Positions 60,320 through 64,000 of a DNA stretch of 64,000 bases are shown in pieces. Made by a program: the position numbers and the translations under genes. Numbering within the stretch: position 1 is the first letter of the stretch; each line of letters opens with the position of its first letter. Source of the DNA: Auanema rhodensis (Eukaryota > Animalia > Nematoda); NCBI GenBank assembly GCA_964057225.1, contig OZ059895.1, positions 14,074,001-14,138,000 on the forward strand. The letters run 5' to 3'. The notes beneath the pieces are model-generated. The model was not told where the DNA came from. It made no database searches and saw only the letters and a list, made by a program, of their open reading frames with translations.

Positions 60320-63300
60320 GGTTTAATTACCCAAGTTTGAGGTACTTTCCTGATTCAACCAGAAACATTCTGTGTTCGAATTAAATTTTGGAACGCTCTC
60401 CACTGGAGAGCAACATGAATCGAAAATCATTGGATGAATCAAGTTCTTTGGATTTTTAAAAATGAAAAATCAACGAAGATGATAATCATTCTGGGAATTA
60501 TAGTTGAGATGAGCCAAGTTCAGATGTAGCCTACACGTGTGTATGACCCATGGTGTCAAGTCAAGAGAGACGGTCTATACCATGTTGGGGGGAGAGATAC
60601 AGCACGTCTATGTGATACGACACTTGCATTGATGCCACTGGGAGGTGACACTGCTTCGTCGGTTTAATTACCCAAGTTTGAGGTTCTTTTCTGATTCAAC
60701 CAGAAACATTCTGTGTTCGAATTAAATTTTGGAACGCTCTCCACTGGAGAGCAACATGAATCGAAAATCATTGGATGAATCAAGATCTTTGGATTTTTAA
60801 AATTGAAAAATCAACGAAGATGATAATCATTCTGGGAATTATAGTTGAGATGAGCCAAGTTCAGATGTAGCCTACACGTGTCTATGACCCATGGTGTCTA
60901 GTCAAGAGAGACAGTCTATACCATGTTGGGGGAAGAGACACAACACGTCTATGTGATACGACACGTGCATTGATGCCACTGGGAGGTGACACTGCTTCGT
61001 CGGTTTAATTACCCAAGTTTGAGGTTCTTTTCTGATTCAACCAGAAACATTCTGTGTTCGAATTAAATTTTGGAACGCTCTCCACTGGAGAGCAACATGA
61101 ATCGAAAATCATTGGATGAATCAAGATCTTTGGATTTTTAAAATTGAAAAATCAACGAAGATGATAATCATTTCGGGAATTATAGTTGAGATGAGCCAAG
61201 TTCAGATGTAGCCTACACGTGTGTATGACCCATGGTGTCTAGTCAAGAGAGACAGTCTATACCATGTTGGGGGAAGAGATACAACACGTCTATGTGATAC
61301 GACACGTGCATTGATGCCACTGGGAGGTGACACTGCTTCGTCGGTTTAATTACCCAAGTTTGAGGTTCTTTTCTGATTCAACCAGAAACATTCTGTGTTC
61401 GAATTAAATTTTGGAACGCTCTCCACTGGAGAGCAACATGAATCGAAAATCATTGGATGAATCAAGATCTTTGGATTTTTAAAATTGAAAAATCAACGAA
61501 GATGATAATCATTTCGGGAATTATAGTTGAGATGAGCCAAGTTCAGATGTAGCCTACACGTGTGTATGACCCATGGTGTCTAGTCAAGAGAGACAGTCTA
61601 TACCATGTTGGGGGAAGAGACACAACACGTCTATGTGATACGACACGTGCATTGATGCCACTGGGAGGTGACACTGCATCGTCGGTTTAATTACCCAAGT
61701 TTGAGGTACTTTCCTGATTCAACCAGAAAGATTCTGTGTTCGAATTAAATTTTGGAACGCTCTCCACTGGAGAGCAACATGAATCGAAAATCATTGGATG
61801 AATCAAGTTCTTTGGATTTTTAAAAATGAAAAATCAACGAAGATGATAATCATTCTGGGAATTATAGTTGAGATGAGCCAAGTTCAGATGTAGCCTACAC
61901 GTGTCTATGACCCATGGTGTCTAGTCAAGAGAGACAGTCTATACCATGTTGGGGGAAGAGACACAACACGTCTATGTGATACGACACGTGCATTGATGCC
62001 ACTGGGAGGTGACACTGCTTCGTCGGTTTAATTACCCAAGTTTGAGGTACTTTCCTGATTCAACCAGAAACATTCTGTGTTCGAATTAAATTTTGGAACG
62101 CTCTCCACTGGAGAGCAATATGAATCGAAAATCATTGGATGAATCAAGTTCTTTGGATTTTTAAAATTGAAAAATCAATGAGGATGATAATCATTCTGGG
62201 AATTATAGTTGAGATGAGCCAAGTTCAGATGTAGCCTACACGTGTCTATGACCCATGGTGTCTAGTCAAGAGAGACAGTCTATACCATGTTGGGGGAAGA
62301 GACACAACACGTCTATGTGATACGACACGTGCATTGATGCCACTGGGAGGTGACACTGCTTCGTCGGTTTAATTACCCAAGTTTGAGGTACTTTCCTGAT
62401 TCAACCAGAAACATTCTGTGTTCGAATTAAATTTTGGAACGCTCTCCACTGGAGAGCAATATGAATCGAAAATCATTAGATGAATCAAGTTCTTTGAATT
62501 TTTAAAAATGAAAAATCAACGAAGATGATAATCATTTCGGGAATTATAGTTGAGATGAGCCAAGTTTAGATGTAGCCTACACGTGTGTATGACCCATGGT
62601 GTCTAGTCAAGAGAGACAGTCTATACCATGTTGGGGGAAGAGATACAACACGTCTATGTGATACGACACGTGCATTGATGCCACTGGGAGGTGACACTAC
62701 TTCATCGGTTTAATAACCCAAGTTTGAGGTACTTTCCTGATTCAACCAGAAACATTCTGTGTTCGAATTAAATTTTGGAACGCTCTCCACTGGAGAGCAA
62801 CATGAATCGAAAATCATTGGATGAATCAAGATCTTTGGATTTTTAAAATTGAAAAATCAACGAAGATGATAATCATTCTGGGAATTGTAGTTGAAATGAG
62901 CCAGGTTCGATGTAGCCTACACGTGTGTATGACCCATGGTATCTACTCAAGAGAGACGGTCTTTATCATGTTGGGGAGAGAGATACAACACGTCTATGTG
63001 ATACGACACGTGCATTGATGCCACTGGGAGGTGACACTGCTTCGTCGGTTTAATTACCCAAGTTTGAGGTACTTTCCTGATTCAACCAGAAACATTCTGT
63101 GTTCGAATTAAATTTTGGAACGCTCTCCACTGGAGAGCAACATGAATCAAAAATCATTGGATGAATCAAGTTCTTTGGATTTTTAAAATTGAAAAATCAA
63201 CGAAGATGATAATCATTTCGGGAATTATAGTTGAGATGAGCCAAGTTCAGATGTAGCCTCCACGTGTGTATGACCCATGGTGTCAAGTCAAGAGAGACAG

Positions 63301-64000
63301 TCTATACCATGTTGGGGGGAGAGATACAACACGTCTATGTGATACGACACGTGCATTGATGCCACTGGGAGGTGACACTGCATCGTCGGTTTAATTACCC
63401 AAGTTTGAGGTACTTTCCTGATTCAACCAGAAAGATTCTGTGTTCGAATTAAATTTTGGAACGCTCTCCACTGGAGAGCAACATGAATCAAAAATCATTG
63501 GATGAATCAAGTTCTTTGGATTTTTAAAATTGAAAAATCAACGAAGATGATAATCATTTTGGGAATTGTAGTTGAGATGAGCCAAGTTCGATGTAGCCTA
63601 CACGTGTGTATGACCCATGGTGTCTAGTCAAGAGAGACGGTCTTTATCATGTTGGGGGGAGAGATACAGCACGTCTATGTGATACGACACGTGCATTGAT
63701 GCCACTGGGAGGTGACACTGCTTCGTCGGTTTAATTACCCAAGTTTGAGGTACTTTCCTGATTCAACCAGAAAGATTCTGTGTTCGAATTAAATTTTGGA
63801 ACGCTCTCCACTGGAGAGCAACATGAATCAAAAATCATTGGATGAATCAAGTTCTTTGGATTTTTAAAATTGAAAAATCAACGAAGATGATAATCATTTC
63901 GGGAATTATAGTTGAGATGAGCCAAGTTCAGATGTAGCCTCCACGTGTGTATGACCCATGGTGTCAAGTCAAGAGAGACAGTCTATACCATGTTGGGGGG
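60320..64000 (+). ncRNA. sls-1: Tandem array of at least 11 SL1 RNA genes, continuing past the window end
   Basis: SL1 starts at 60320, 60661, 61002, 61343, 61684, 62025, 62366, 62707 (variant T9A), 63047, 63388 and 63728, each followed by a GT donor, Sm site and hairpin. Confidence 0.97.

Larger units (their letters stand above)
55863..60660. repeat. Large inverted repeat (palindrome) forming the axis between two divergent SL1 arrays
   Basis: 56204-57526 is the reverse complement of 58997-60319 (coordinate sum 116523; no differences noticed by eye). The adjacent SL1 units share rare variants. Inner arms 57945-58139 and 58782-58973 show a few mismatches. Spacer 58140-58781. Confidence 0.95.

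Noticed and set aside
43731-64000. CRISPR array or plain centromeric satellite
   Set aside because: There are no unique spacers and the context is eukaryotic; every unit encodes a complete SL1 RNA.

Overview
AT-rich, intron-dense genomic DNA from a rhabditid nematode, inferred from the SL1 leader and close C. elegans orthologues; the species is not identifiable. Bases 1-43.6 kb are gene-rich. They hold an ankyrin-repeat gene (-, runs off the left edge), a probable operon kap-1 > toc-1 > clk-1 (+), the K40 alpha-tubulin mec-12 (-), dex-1 (-), and two paralogous srh-type chemoreceptor genes flanking dex-1. Bases 43.6-64 kb are a spliced-leader locus. The 340/341-bp 'satellite' is a tandem array of SL1 snRNA genes (GGTTTAATTACCCAAGTTTGAG|GT..., Sm site AATTTTGG, terminal hairpin) with no 5S rRNA in the unit. 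By manual count, 27 copies lie on the - strand and 11 on the + strand, transcribed divergently from a ~4.1-kb palindromic core (56204-60319). Each arm of the core carries a multi-exon orphan gene or pseudogene whose 3' end replaces the upstream region of the first SL1 gene. The left array is interrupted by an old LTR element with a tRNA-Gln primer-binding site and non-canonical CG...CG termini. A Tc1/mariner-type MITE sits in the palindrome spacer. All coordinates were read by eye, and gene names come from recalled C. elegans sequences rather than a database search.
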